This document shows, piece after piece, positions 9,978 to 19,959 of a DNA stretch of 64,000 nucleotides. The DNA is from Nannocystis bainbridge (GTDB lineage: Bacteria; Myxococcota_A; Polyangia; Nannocystales; Nannocystaceae), in contig NZ_JAQNDL010000001.1 in the NCBI RefSeq assembly GCF_028368995.1, positions 896,001 through 960,000 on the forward strand, in the 5' to 3' direction. The first letter of the stretch is position 1, and each line of letters begins with the position of its first letter. The translations under genes and the position numbers were made by a program. Under the pieces are notes generated by a model that saw only the letters and a program-made list of their open reading frames with translations, was not told the origin of the DNA and searched no databases.

Positions 9978-10434
9978 AGCCGCGCCGGCGCGGCGAATGG
10001 CATGAGTCGATCCGCCGCGCCTCGTGACATTGGCGACACGACGTTGCAGATCCAAGGGACATGTCCCTTCGGACAGCATGAGCGCCCCCCGCGCGAATCG
10101 CCCCTGCGGCCGCTCGCCCGCGCGCGCCGGTGACCCCCGCGTGTCCCCAGGATCCCCCGTCGGAGCATTTCCGCGCCGCGCGAAATCATGACACGCGCGG
10201 CCGCGCACCTCTGCGCGAGATGTCGATAGCGCGGCCTGCCACGAGTCCGGCGGCGCGACCCGCCGCGCGGGCCCGACATTGACACCGCGCGGTCAATCGC
10301 CGGAGCACCGCCAAGCGGCGTCGAACACGGGTCTGCCGCGCGATGGACCGCCGACGAACTCGTGTGCGCCCTCGAAGTCACGCGCTCGTCGGCCCGCGAA
10401 CTCGCGAGGCTCGGCTACCCTGTTGTTCGCGGAG

Positions 10435-12102
10435 ATGCAGCGGCGCGCCTTCCCCAGCCTCCCGGGCATCGTCGTGCTCGGCGTCGCGGCCTGCACGGCG
10501 CCCGGCCTCGGCAACCTCACCCACGACCCGCCGGCGCAGGAGTCCGCGACGGGCGCGAGCGGCAGCGCCAGTGAGGACGGCCCGGCGACCACCAGCGAGC
10601 CCGCGCCGCCCACCGGGACCACCAGCGAGGACCCCGCGACCACCGCCGTCGGCAGCACCACCACCGAGGGCAGCAGCAGCAGCTCGAGCGGCAGCAGCAC
10701 CACCACCGAGGACGATCCGTCCGCGCCGCCCGCGATCGTCGACGGCGGTCTCGGCCCCGATCCGCTGCAGCAGCCCGGACCCGTGAGCGTCACCATCGAC
10801 ACGGCGCACGCCGACGGCGTGCGCATGCAGGTCGACGGCGGCCCGGTGATCGAGCTCGGCCCCGCCGAGGCCGACGCCTTCACCGGCGAGATCGTCGTCT
10901 ACACCGCGCTCGACAACGGCCCGCACTTCGCCACCTTCGTCGCCTGGCGTGGCGAGCTCGAGAGCGAGGCGCTCGAGCTGCCGTTCACCGTGGCCCTGCC
11001 GCCGATGGGCAGCGAGCTGTTCTGGGAGGGCGACAACGCCATCGGCCAGGGCACCGTCATCGCCCTCGCCGTCACCCCTTCGCACCACCTCATCGAGCTC
11101 GGCACTTATTATCCCCAGGGCGATGCGCGCTGCTACTTGCGCCGCCGCAGCCTCGGCGGCACCTGGGCCGACGGCGACCTGTTCGAGGTCAAGCCGGGCC
11201 TCAAGTGCAGCGCCATCGACCTCGCGGTCGACGACGACGGCGCCCTGCTCGTGCTCGTCGACAAGCTCGAGGGCGGCGAGCTGCGCTGGTGGCTCGGCAA
11301 GTACGACGCCTGGGCCGGCCAGCCCGTCAACGTCGGCGCTGGCGTCGTCGGTGACCGCGCCCGCGCCCTCGCCCGCACCGGCGACCGCGCCGCCGTGTGC
11401 GGCACCCGGCCCAAGGGCAACACCGTCACCGCCACCGCCTGGATGTTCGCCTCCGGCGGCGGGGCCGGCACGATCGTCACCTACGATTATTTGCCCCCCA
11501 CCCAGCCGCCCCTGCCCCTCGAATTCAGCGAGACCCCCAACGATTGCACGTTCCTCGACGATCGCCTGTTCATCACCGGCGAGGTCAAGGGCAAGCACGA
11601 GCAGGACAACGTCATCCGCGTGAAGCACTTCCTGCTCGAGTCCGGTTTCGCGGGCGAGGACCCGATCTGGAAGCTGGCGGCCTCGGGCTTCAGCCAGGGC
11701 GGCGGCCGCGTCATCACCACCGACGGCGACTCGCAGGTGATGACGGGCGGCTACTTCTGCGGCGATCAGTGCGACCCGCTCTCCGAGCTGCGCATGTTCG
11801 CCGGCGGCCAGCAGGTCTGGCGCCGCTCGCTGGACCCGCTGCTGCTCGACCCGCGGGCCCTCGCCTGGCACCCGGCCGGTTACGTCGTGTTCGTGGCCTC
11901 GCGCCAGCTCGAGAAAGACGTCACCTCGTTCTTCGCGCAGGCGTGGTTCCCGCTGAAGAACCAGTCGCTGTGGACCTACGAGCATCAGGACGGGCCCACG
12001 ATTCACACGCCCACCGCCCTGGCCATCGGCCCCTATGGCCAGATCTACGCCGGCGGAATCACGGCAGGCGGTTACCCCGCCGTCGCCATCATCGCCCCGT
12101 GA
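10435..12102 (+). CDS. Hypothetical lipoprotein (T/S stalk, Ig-like segment, probable beta-propeller)
   Basis: Lipobox VAAC, T/S linker, beta-rich C-terminal region, GC3-biased codons. Confidence 0.75.
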   Translation: MQRRAFPSLPGIVVLGVAACTAPGLGNLTHDPPAQESATGASGSASEDGPATTSEPAPPTGTTSEDPATTAVGSTTTEGSSSSSSGSSTTTEDDPSAPPAIVDGGLGPDPLQQPGPVSVTIDTAHADGVRMQVDGGPVIELGPAEADAFTGEIVVYTALDNGPHFATFVAWRGELESEALELPFTVALPPMGSELFWEGDNAIGQGTVIALAVTPSHHLIELGTYYPQGDARCYLRRRSLGGTWADGDLFEVKPGLKCSAIDLAVDDDGALLVLVDKLEGGELRWWLGKYDAWAGQPVNVGAGVVGDRARALARTGDRAAVCGTRPKGNTVTATAWMFASGGGAGTIVTYDYLPPTQPPLPLEFSETPNDCTFLDDRLFITGEVKGKHEQDNVIRVKHFLLESGFAGEDPIWKLAASGFSQGGGRVITTDGDSQVMTGGYFCGDQCDPLSELRMFAGGQQVWRRSLDPLLLDPRALAWHPAGYVVFVASRQLEKDVTSFFAQAWFPLKNQSLWTYEHQDGPTIHTPTALAIGPYGQIYAGGITAGGYPAVAIIAP

Positions 12103-12154
12103 AGCGGGCCCGCGATCGGACCTGTCCCTCGGGACAGGGATCCGCGAGCGCCGC

Positions 12155-13231
12155 TCACTGCGGGATGAAGGCCGAGCAGGCCTGGCTGATCCGGTCGGTC
12201 GCCACGTCGAACGCGGGCCGGTAGTCCGTCTCGTCGTTGTCGGCGATGTGCCAGTACGGGAAGTAGTATTTGACCAGATCGCACACCGTGTCCCACGGGT
12301 TGCAGTCCGGCTTTTGAATGCTGAACATCACCACCGAATCTGGGTCGCCGTGTTTGGCGCCGGTAATGGCATCGGCCCACTGCTTCGGCGTGCCCTCCGA
12401 GTCGGTGTCGGGCGTGTTCGAGATGAACGTGACCATCAGCAGCGCGTCGTCGCGGAGGAAGCCCGCGTTGCAGCCGCCGGGCTCGTTGAGCGCCGGCGAC
12501 ACCGCCGCCGTCACCGCCTCGCCGAGCTCGTCGTCGCCGCTGAGGCCGATCTGGGCCAGACACGCGAAGGTCCCCTGCAAGTCGGGCTGCTCGCGGGTGA
12601 GGTAGCGGCGCCCGCCGACGACCCCGCAGCTCTCATTGGTCGCCGCGTCGCCGGCGGGGAAGACCGTGCCGGCGCCCATCGTCGCGTCGCAGGCCGAGGC
12701 CTCGGCGACCGCGTCGCACGGATAACCCGGGTACGGGCACGCCTGGCAGGCGGCGTTGCACGCGGCGCTGCCCCACGTCTCGTCGCCGTCGACGACCATG
12801 ATGTGATAGTCGAAGTCGGCGAACTTGCTCTCGATGGTGGCGATGAAGTGCGGGAACGCGTCGATGAGCCGCGCCTGCATGTTCTCCATGTAGCCGAGGC
12901 GCGAGATCACGAACAGGAAATCGATCTTGCCGCGGCAGCCGACCGGGTGCGGATCGCCGAGGTCGGGCATCCCGAGGTCCTGCAGCGGCGTGGTCGTCGA
13001 AACCTCGCCGGTGGTGGTGCCCGTCGAGCTGTCCTCGGGGACAGGCTCTCCGGTGGTCGTCGAGGTGGTGCTCGTCGAGAGCTCCGGCACCTCGCCCGTC
13101 GACGCCGGGGCGGTCATCGCCGGCGGGACGGCGAACGACGACGCGGCCGGATCGGGGCCCTCGCAGGCCGCCGTCAGCAGCAGGCTCGCCAGGGCCAGCC
13201 GAGCGGGGCTGCGCCGGCGCTCCGCGGACAT
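12155..13231 (-). CDS. Lipoprotein with degenerate vWA-like domain
   Basis: Lipobox LTAAC; T-rich linker; GCRGKIDFLFVIS; GFLRDDALLMVTFIS. The start ATG lies inside GGACATGTCC. Confidence 0.75.
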   Translation of the reverse strand: MSAERRRSPARLALASLLLTAACEGPDPAASSFAVPPAMTAPASTGEVPELSTSTTSTTTGEPVPEDSSTGTTTGEVSTTTPLQDLGMPDLGDPHPVGCRGKIDFLFVISRLGYMENMQARLIDAFPHFIATIESKFADFDYHIMVVDGDETWGSAACNAACQACPYPGYPCDAVAEASACDATMGAGTVFPAGDAATNESCGVVGGRRYLTREQPDLQGTFACLAQIGLSGDDELGEAVTAAVSPALNEPGGCNAGFLRDDALLMVTFISNTPDTDSEGTPKQWADAITGAKHGDPDSVVMFSIQKPDCNPWDTVCDLVKYYFPYWHIADNDETDYRPAFDVATDRISQACSAFIPQ

Positions 13232-14093
13232 GTCCGCAAGGACAGCCGAAGACCCTCCCCCGTCGGCGGTGAGCGCGGCGGCGGGCAGTTCCAGTGGCAA
13301 TACGGTAGGGTTTGGGCTCTCGCTGGCCGCCGGCGCGGCCACGACTGCACTCATTCCCCGCACGTCCCCAGCTTACCCCGACCGGGCGCAACCGCGCTGC
13401 GCGGAAGCGTGAGGTTCGAGGCTGCACATCGGCGCAGGGCCGCGCCTCAACAGTCCTTCGAGACATGTCCCGAAGTCTCAATCGTGACGATGTTCTCGCC
13501 GCCGAACCGTCGCCAGCCGCCGTTCCGACGGCGAGACGACCCATTGCGGCGCCGCGGCCCCACGCCCGAGGTTCGGGCCCTGGATCCACGAATCGGCAGC
13601 GGCGATCGGATCGCCTCCGCATCAAGGATTTAATAGTGCTGCACGCGGCGGAGAAGCGCGGCGCCCCGGGATCGTGCGCCGGAGCCGAACGGCCGCGGCA
13701 CCGCCTGTCCCGAGGGCCAGGTGAGAATCGCCGGAGCGTCGACCCCCGCGCTCGCGCCACTCCGACCAACATCATTCAGGCCCTCGCTCGCCGGCCGGCG
13801 ATTCGCTCCTCTTGATCCCAAGAGGCCGCCTCTGCCGGACCGTGGCCAGCCGGACCTGCCGACTGCGCGATTTCACCCATCTTGCCGAGACCGGCGAGCT
13901 CCGCATCCCGCGCACTCCTGGCAAGGCTTCCGGGCCGACTCTGGAGCTCACCGACGCCCGGAGACGCCCCGCGGACCTTCGCTCGCCCCGATTGTCCCTC
14001 GTAGCCCCCGATCGTTGGGCTCCGGGCTTCCTCGATGGGTGGCAGGCGGATCCCTGGACGGGCCAGCCCGCGACATGATAGTTTCGCCAGGTT

Positions 14094-15152
14094 ATGAAGC
14101 TTTGCGACGCCTGTCATCGTCACGTGCGCGCGAGCGACGGCGCCTGTCCGTTCTGCGGTCGCTGCCTGCGCACCACCGCGGCCACCCGCCTCGGCGCGGT
14201 CGTCTTGCTCGGCGCGCTGGAGACGGCGTGCAGCGGTCGGCCGGTCGAGGAGACCGCCGGGGACACGACGGCGCCGACCAGCAGCAGCAGCAGCGACACC
14301 TCCAGCAGCGCGCCGACCAGCTCGTCCTCCACGACCACGACCACGACGACCGCGACCGTCACCTCGACCGGCGATCCATCGGCGACCCAGGCCAGCAGCA
14401 CCGGCGAGCTCTCGAGCACCGGCGACATCGACACCAGCGACACCGGCTGCAGCTTCTATGGCGGCTGCCCGGCCGACTTCGCCAACACGATCGAGTGCAG
14501 CACCTTCGCCCAGGACTGTCCCGAAGGCCAGAAGTGCAGCTCGAAGCAGGTCGGCGATCAGTTCTTCGACGCGACCGAGTGCGTCCCGATCGCGCGCGAC
14601 CCGGACCAGCCGGGCCAGCCGTGCACGGTCGAGGGCTCGCCCAACTCCGGCCTCGACTCGTGTGAACTCGGCAGCATGTGCTGGCACGTCGACGCCCAGA
14701 CCCTCGCGGGCACCTGCGTGAGCCAGTGCGCCGGCACGCCCGACGACCCGGCGTGCCCTGCCACCACCACCTGCGTCCGCTTCAACGAGGCGCTGCACCT
14801 GTGCCTGCCGACCTGCGACCCGCTGGCCCCCGCCTGCGCGCCGGACGAGGTGTGCGCCCCCAACTCCTTCGACGCCAACGCGCTGTTCGTGTGCGTCGCG
14901 GACAGCTCGGGCGACGGCGGCGCCGAGTTCGAGCCGTGCGAGTTCGTCAACGCCTGCGACCTCGGCCTCGCGTGCCTGGACTCCGCGCTGGCCACCGAGT
15001 GCGATCCGCTGGCCTCCGGCTGCTGCCTGACCTACTGCGACCTGAGCGCGCCGACGTGCAGCGGCGCCGGGGCCGAGTGCACGCCGTGGCACGAGGACAG
15101 CCCGGCCCCGCCCGACCTCGAGAACGTCGGCGTCTGCGCGCTGCCGACCTGA
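14094..15152 (+). CDS. Cys-rich exported protein/lipoprotein with N-terminal CxxC...CPFC leader; candidate radical-SAM substrate
   Basis: MKLCDACHRHVRASDGACPFCG, then hydrophobic LGAVVLLGALETAC, a T/S stalk, GCSFYGGC and a QDCPEGQKC Cys-rich domain. Paralogous to 26628-27593. Confidence 0.85.
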   Translation: MKLCDACHRHVRASDGACPFCGRCLRTTAATRLGAVVLLGALETACSGRPVEETAGDTTAPTSSSSSDTSSSAPTSSSSTTTTTTTATVTSTGDPSATQASSTGELSSTGDIDTSDTGCSFYGGCPADFANTIECSTFAQDCPEGQKCSSKQVGDQFFDATECVPIARDPDQPGQPCTVEGSPNSGLDSCELGSMCWHVDAQTLAGTCVSQCAGTPDDPACPATTTCVRFNEALHLCLPTCDPLAPACAPDEVCAPNSFDANALFVCVADSSGDGGAEFEPCEFVNACDLGLACLDSALATECDPLASGCCLTYCDLSAPTCSGAGAECTPWHEDSPAPPDLENVGVCALPT

Positions 15153-15157
15153 CGCTG

Positions 15158-15249
15158 CGACATGTCCCCCGGGACATGTCGACTCATTGCATGGACATGT
15201 CCTCGAGGACATGTCCTTTTGGCGCGCGAATAAACCGTCCCGAAGGACA
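15158..15249. repeat. TGTCC-N4-GGACA cluster
   Basis: Perfect copies at 15163 and 15198, near copy at 15236; lies between convergent genes. Confidence 0.85.
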
Positions 15250-15254
15250 GGCGC

Positions 15255-16574
15255 TCACGCGACCGGCACGCCGGGCCCGAACGGCATCACGTCGCGACCG
15301 ACGCGCGGGTCGTCGACCGCCACCGGCCCGCGGGCAGCGGCCTCCGGATCGGTCGCCTCCCGGACCACGCGATACAGACCGTGGTCGAACGGCAGCCCGG
15401 GGGCCGGTGCGACCGGCTCGATGCGCTCGCGCAGGCCGGCGCGGCCCAGCTCGAGCGCGCGGTGATGACAGTACGGATTGTTGCCCGGGCGGCCGAGCAG
15501 CGGCTCGCTGGTGGCCGAGCAGCCGGCCAGGCACACATCATTGTAATAGCAGTCGCGGCAGTACCCCCAAAGATCGTCCACGGTGCGCACGCGGGTGAAC
15601 TGCAGCTCGGGCGCGTCGGCCCAGATCTCCGCGAGCGGCCGCTCGCGCACGTTGCCGGCCACGTTGGCCGGGCCGCCGAGGCTGGGACAGCCCTTGATCG
15701 TGCCGTCGGCCTCGATCCCGAGCGCGTGGCGGCCGGCGATGCAGCCCTTGTAGTGCCCGCCCGCCTTCTGCCGCCCGCGCAGCTCGGCCTCGAGCGGCCC
15801 GAAATAGCCGAGGTTGTTGGCCGGGAACAGCCGCAGCCCGTGCGGCGCTGCGCGGGCGATCAGCTGCTCGATCACCGCGAAGACCTCCACCATCATGAAT
15901 GGTTGCAGCAGGATCTCCGGGTGGTCGGCCGCGTTGCCGAACGGCGCCGTGATCTGCAGCTGCCAGCCGCCGATCTTCTCGGCGATCAGCAGCTCCGCCA
16001 GCGCCGCGAGCGTCGGCAGCGTGAGGCGGTTGATCTGGGTGTTGACGGCCCGTCCGACCCCCGCCGCGCGCAGCCGGGCCAGCGCCGCGAAGGCCCGATC
16101 GAAGCTGCCGTGGACCCCGCGCAGGGCGTCATGCGCGGCCCGGGTCCCGTCGATCGACACGCTGACGCTGCGGATCCCCGCCTCTGCCAGCGCGGCCACC
16201 CGCGCCTCGGACAGGTTGAGCCCGCCGGTCGTCATCGTGCAGTCCATGCCGGCGCTGCGGATCGCCCGCGCGATCAGGATGAAGTCGTCGCGCAGATACG
16301 CCTCGCCGCCGATCAGCGTGACCTCCCCGATCCCCAGCGCGCGCAGGTCGGTGACCAGCGCCAGCGCCTCGTCGGTGGTCAGCTCGCCGTGACGCGCCGC
16401 CCCGGCCCGCGACCCACAATGGAGGCACTTCTGATCGCACTTCAGCGTCAGCTCCCACACCGCATAGCGCGGCGTGGGCACCTCCCCGGCGATTCGCGTG
16501 AGGGCGCGGCGATCGTCGGGCCGCGGCAGCGAGGCCACCACCGGCAGGCGGCGGCGATTGTCACGCAGGCTCAC
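15255..16574 (-). CDS. Radical SAM/SPASM peptide maturase, PlpX/PcpX (splicease)-like
   Basis: YAVWELTLKCDQKCLHCGSRAG; IGGE; WQLQIT..GNAADHPEILLQP; NNLGYFGP; GCIAG..GIEADGTIKGCPSL; LWGYCRDCYYNDVCLAGC; GNNPYCHHRAL. Confidence 0.9.
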   Translation of the reverse strand: MSLRDNRRRLPVVASLPRPDDRRALTRIAGEVPTPRYAVWELTLKCDQKCLHCGSRAGAARHGELTTDEALALVTDLRALGIGEVTLIGGEAYLRDDFILIARAIRSAGMDCTMTTGGLNLSEARVAALAEAGIRSVSVSIDGTRAAHDALRGVHGSFDRAFAALARLRAAGVGRAVNTQINRLTLPTLAALAELLIAEKIGGWQLQITAPFGNAADHPEILLQPFMMVEVFAVIEQLIARAAPHGLRLFPANNLGYFGPLEAELRGRQKAGGHYKGCIAGRHALGIEADGTIKGCPSLGGPANVAGNVRERPLAEIWADAPELQFTRVRTVDDLWGYCRDCYYNDVCLAGCSATSEPLLGRPGNNPYCHHRALELGRAGLRERIEPVAPAPGLPFDHGLYRVVREATDPEAAARGPVAVDDPRVGRDVMPFGPGVPVA

Positions 16575-16849
16575 GGCCTCAGGGTATCACGAGGCGGCGG
16601 CCGGCCGCCTGGATCGGGCGGACCGCCGTCGTCGACGTGCTCGGGCCGCTGCTCCTTCTTGGCGACGATCACGTGCTGGGTCGAGGGCGCCAGCATCTGC
16701 TGCAGCTCGGCCAGGGCGTTGCCGGCCCCCGTGGTCGAGGGCTTGCGGACCCGATAATAGATGTACCCGCGGCGCTCGAGCGCCAGCAGCAGGCGGTCGG
16801 CCACGAACAGCCCGACGACCACGACGACGACGGTGAGCGGCCACGACAC
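16571..16849 (-). CDS. Small membrane-anchored protein (DUF6191-like), overlapping the rSAM start
   Basis: N-terminal TM; DRLLLALERRGYIYYR; C-terminal DDGGPP. GTGA stop/start overlap at 16571-16574. Confidence 0.65.
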   Translation of the reverse strand: MSWPLTVVVVVVGLFVADRLLLALERRGYIYYRVRKPSTTGAGNALAELQQMLAPSTQHVIVAKKEQRPEHVDDGGPPDPGGRPPPRDTLRP

Positions 16850-16984
16850 GCAGCGATCCTATCGCGGGTCCTCCGCCGATCTGACACCGCCCGTCGGGAC
16901 CGTGACGCCGCGAACGACCGGCGCCCGCTCCGCGAGCCGTCGGTGCTCGGCGCGCCCGCCTCCATCAGCGGCGAGCGCGGCGGG

Positions 16985-17557
16985 TCACTTGCCCTGCGAG
17001 TCGGAGACGTACTTGGCGGCGACCTTGCCGAGGTTGCGCCCGGCCATCTCCATGCGCTGATGGTCGGACGGCGTGGTGAGGCTGGCGCCGACGCTCGTCT
17101 TGGTGTCGATGATGTCGGTGACGGTGCCGTCCTTCTGCCACGAGAAGCGGGCCTGGACCTTCGACGGCACGCTGTACACCGGCGTGTAGATGCCGGTCGT
17201 CACGTGCACGTAGGCGACCACCAGGTCGGGCTTGGCGTCGGCCGCCACGGGCACCGCGTTGACGCCCCGGTCGCGCATGCCCTCGAGGATCGCCGCGTCG
17301 GTCTCCTGCTTGATCTTGGCGAAGTCGGCCTTCTCCTCGTCGTTCTTGGTCGCCAGGTATTCCGCCTCGGAGCTCTTGTCGAGCACGGTGACCTGCGACC
17401 AGTCGAACCCGACCGTCATGCCCGTCATCCCCTTGAGGGCCGAGGGCGGCCCCGACTGCTGCACGACCGCGTAGGGCTTGCAGGCGGTGGCGGCGAGCGG
17501 CGCTGCGGCGAGGGCGAGCACGAAGGCGAAGCGGCGAAACAGACGGACGTGGGTCAT
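16985..17557 (-). CDS. Hypothetical lipoprotein
   Basis: Signal peptide ending ATAC; alpha/beta domain; strong codon bias. Confidence 0.75.
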   Translation of the reverse strand: MTHVRLFRRFAFVLALAAAPLAATACKPYAVVQQSGPPSALKGMTGMTVGFDWSQVTVLDKSSEAEYLATKNDEEKADFAKIKQETDAAILEGMRDRGVNAVPVAADAKPDLVVAYVHVTTGIYTPVYSVPSKVQARFSWQKDGTVTDIIDTKTSVGASLTTPSDHQRMEMAGRNLGKVAAKYVSDSQGK

Positions 17558-17721
17558 GGCCGGGGAGGATATCCCGGTCGAGGCGCCGGTGGCGCCCCTC
17601 CGACATGGCGCACCCTACGCACATCCGCGGCCCTCGTGCGCGCGACGGCGCCGAACCTCGTCGCGAGGGCGCTACCGGACAGTGACCGGACACCGCCTCC
17701 GTCCCGGCAACACTATGCCGC

Positions 17722-18012
17722 GTGACCGTGCCTTCCATCCAGATGCTCCATACCTTCGACCATGGAGCCGCCCTCGCGCATTACGAGCGGTCGATCGCTC
17801 GCATCGAGGCTCGGTTCGGCGCTTCACACCCGTCCCTGGCCGGGCTCCACAGCAGCGCCGCCGGTGAACTGTGCCAGCTCGGTCGCTACGCCGCCGCGAT
17901 GAAGAGCGCCGAACAAGCCATCGCCCTGTCGAACCTCGCCGGCAACTACGGCGAGATCTTCGACGAGGCCCAGCGCGTGCTGGCGCGCGCCCGCGCCCGC
18001 GTGTACCCGTAA
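17722..18012 (+). CDS. Short TPR-like protein or gene remnant
   Basis: ALAHYERSIA..E..FG.SHP and LGRYAAA...AEQAIAL resemble TPR repeats; codon usage is atypical. Confidence 0.45.
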   Translation: MTVPSIQMLHTFDHGAALAHYERSIARIEARFGASHPSLAGLHSSAAGELCQLGRYAAAMKSAEQAIALSNLAGNYGEIFDEAQRVLARARARVYP

Positions 18013-18258
18013 CCGCGGGTTCGCTCGCACCGCGAGCGAACATCGAGATCGAAGTCATCGGCGCGCGCATCGTGGGATGCGCGCGCTCGTGTTTTTCATG
18101 CGTGGGCCCGACCGGCCCTCGGCCCGCCTCCTCGGCGGGCCCCTCGTCGCGCGCCCGGGCTCGCCTCGCATTTGCGCGCATCGGCTCGCCGCGCCGCGAT
18201 CGCGCCGCGCGGAGACATGCATTGTCGCGGGCCCTGCGGCTTGGGTAGCGTGCGGGCG

Positions 18259-19857
18259 ATGCAGCCCTCGACCTTCAATTCGCCGCGCCTCCGCTTCCTC
18301 GTCGCCGGGCCGTTGTCGCCGCGACCGGGCGGGCGGCGCGGGCGGATCTTGCTGGCCGAGCTGGCCGAGCGCCTGACGCAGTCTTCGCTGGCCCTCGACG
18401 TGGACGTCGGCCCTGCGCTCGGCGCCGCCGGTGAGCTCAAGATCAAGGCCAAGTTCTCCCGCTTCCGCGACTTCTCGGTCACCGAGGTCGTGCAGCAGAG
18501 CCTCGGCGAGCTGCACCGCCTGCGCGAGCGGCTGCTCGCCCCCAGCGGTCGCCCGCGCAGCGACGAGCTGCTGGCCCAGGTCGCCCGCATCGCCGGTCGC
18601 GGCCCGCTGCACGCCGAGATCGCGGCCTGCTTCGCCCCCCCGCCCGAGAAGCCCGCCGATCCGGGCGGCGGCGACCTCGTGGACGAGCTGCTGGCCCGCG
18701 GCTCGGCCCCGCCGAAGAGCGCTGCAAGCTCGGCGATCGACGCCCTGGTCCGCGGCGGCGTCCAGAGCACCCCGGCCGGCGCGGGCGTCGAGCCGTCGCG
18801 GGCTGCCCACGCCGCGCTGTCGGCCGCGCTCGCGCGAGCGGCCACCGCCGTGCTCGCCGATCCCAAGCTGCGGGCCGCGGAGCTGCGCTGGCGGAGCTTG
18901 CGGCTGTTCTTGAGCCAGTGCCCCCGCGACCCCGAGCTCGACGTGGAGCTGCTCGACGTCGACCCCGCCGGCCTGCCTGCCGCCCTCGCCGAGCTCGCCG
19001 AGCTCGACCCGCTCGCCCGCCCCGACGCCATCTTCCTGCTCGACCCGCTCGCTAGCCTCGCCGAGGCCGCCGCGATCGCCGAGGTCGCGGCCGACCTGCA
19101 CGCGCCCGTGTGCGCCGAGCTCGACCCCGCCGCCCTCGGGCGCGCCGGCACGGCCGCGATCGCGGCCGGCGTCGCCCAGGACCTGGGCCTGGGCGACGAG
19201 TTCGAGGCGCTGCGCGACGACCCGGCCAGCCGCTGGCTCACCCTCGCGGTCAACGGCCCCGTCCTGGCCGCCGAGGCCACCCCGGCCGGCGAGCGCGTGC
19301 TCGCCGGCGGCGCCGCCCTGGCCGTCGCCGCCCTCATCGCCTCCAGCCTGCGCCTCGGCGGCACCCTGGCCCAGATCGGCCGCGACGCCGACCTGCGGGC
19401 GCCCGCGACCTGGTCCTTCCGACATGGCCAGGAGGACATCCCGATCGCCACCGCCGAGCGGTGCTCCGCCGAGGACCAGCTGGCGCTCGCGCGCCGCGGC
19501 CTGACCGCGCTCGGCGGCCCGCAGCAGAGCGACCTGCTCACCCTCGCCGCCTGCCCCGTCGTCCATCGCAGCGACGAGCCGACGAGCCTGGCCGGTCAGC
19601 TGCTCGTCGGACGCACCGTGCGCTTCGCCCTGTGGGTCCGCCATCGCATCCCCGCCGGCGCCAGCCCCGAGCAGGCCGCCGACGCCGTGACCCGCGCCGC
19701 GGCCCTGATGCTGCTGCCCGGCACCCCGCTCCGCCCGCGCTTCGGCGCCGCCCTCAACCAGGGCGAGTCGGGCCCCGAGCTCAAGATCGGCGCCTCGTTC
19801 CCGGCCGGCCTCGCCGGCCACCCGGTCGCCCTGTCGTTCGCCCTGCCGATCTCGTGA
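18259..19857 (+). CDS. Orphan fused TssB-TssC (VipA/VipB)-like T6SS sheath protein
   Basis: N-terminal RFLVAG...KFSRFRDFSVTEVVQQ..ELHRLRERL is TssB-like. VLADPKLRAAELRWRSLRLFL and LALARRGLTAL are TssC-like. Confidence 0.7.
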   Translation: MQPSTFNSPRLRFLVAGPLSPRPGGRRGRILLAELAERLTQSSLALDVDVGPALGAAGELKIKAKFSRFRDFSVTEVVQQSLGELHRLRERLLAPSGRPRSDELLAQVARIAGRGPLHAEIAACFAPPPEKPADPGGGDLVDELLARGSAPPKSAASSAIDALVRGGVQSTPAGAGVEPSRAAHAALSAALARAATAVLADPKLRAAELRWRSLRLFLSQCPRDPELDVELLDVDPAGLPAALAELAELDPLARPDAIFLLDPLASLAEAAAIAEVAADLHAPVCAELDPAALGRAGTAAIAAGVAQDLGLGDEFEALRDDPASRWLTLAVNGPVLAAEATPAGERVLAGGAALAVAALIASSLRLGGTLAQIGRDADLRAPATWSFRHGQEDIPIATAERCSAEDQLALARRGLTALGGPQQSDLLTLAACPVVHRSDEPTSLAGQLLVGRTVRFALWVRHRIPAGASPEQAADAVTRAAALMLLPGTPLRPRFGAALNQGESGPELKIGASFPAGLAGHPVALSFALPIS

Positions 19858-19870
19858 CGGCCCGCCGCAT

Positions 19871-19949
19871 GGGCATGTCCGAAGGGACATGCCCATCAGA
19901 AATGTTCAAAGGGACATGCTCCTTCGAGCATGTCCCTTCGCGCAGGTCC
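19871..19949. repeat. 14-bp-phased TGTCC-N4-GGACA array
   Basis: CATG-like cores at 19874, 19888, 19901, 19915, 19929 and 19943; between convergent genes. Confidence 0.85.
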
Positions 19950-19959
19950 GGCCGGCCGC

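Noticed and set aside
10278-10297. Palindrome ATTGAC-N8-GTCAAT as an FNR/CRP site
   Set aside because: The spacing does not fit TTGAT-N4-ATCAA, and it occurs only once.
16571-16849. Small gene coupled to the rSAM as its precursor peptide or RRE
   Set aside because: It has a TM helix, no YG motif and no PqqD-like features. It is kept only as a possible accessory gene.
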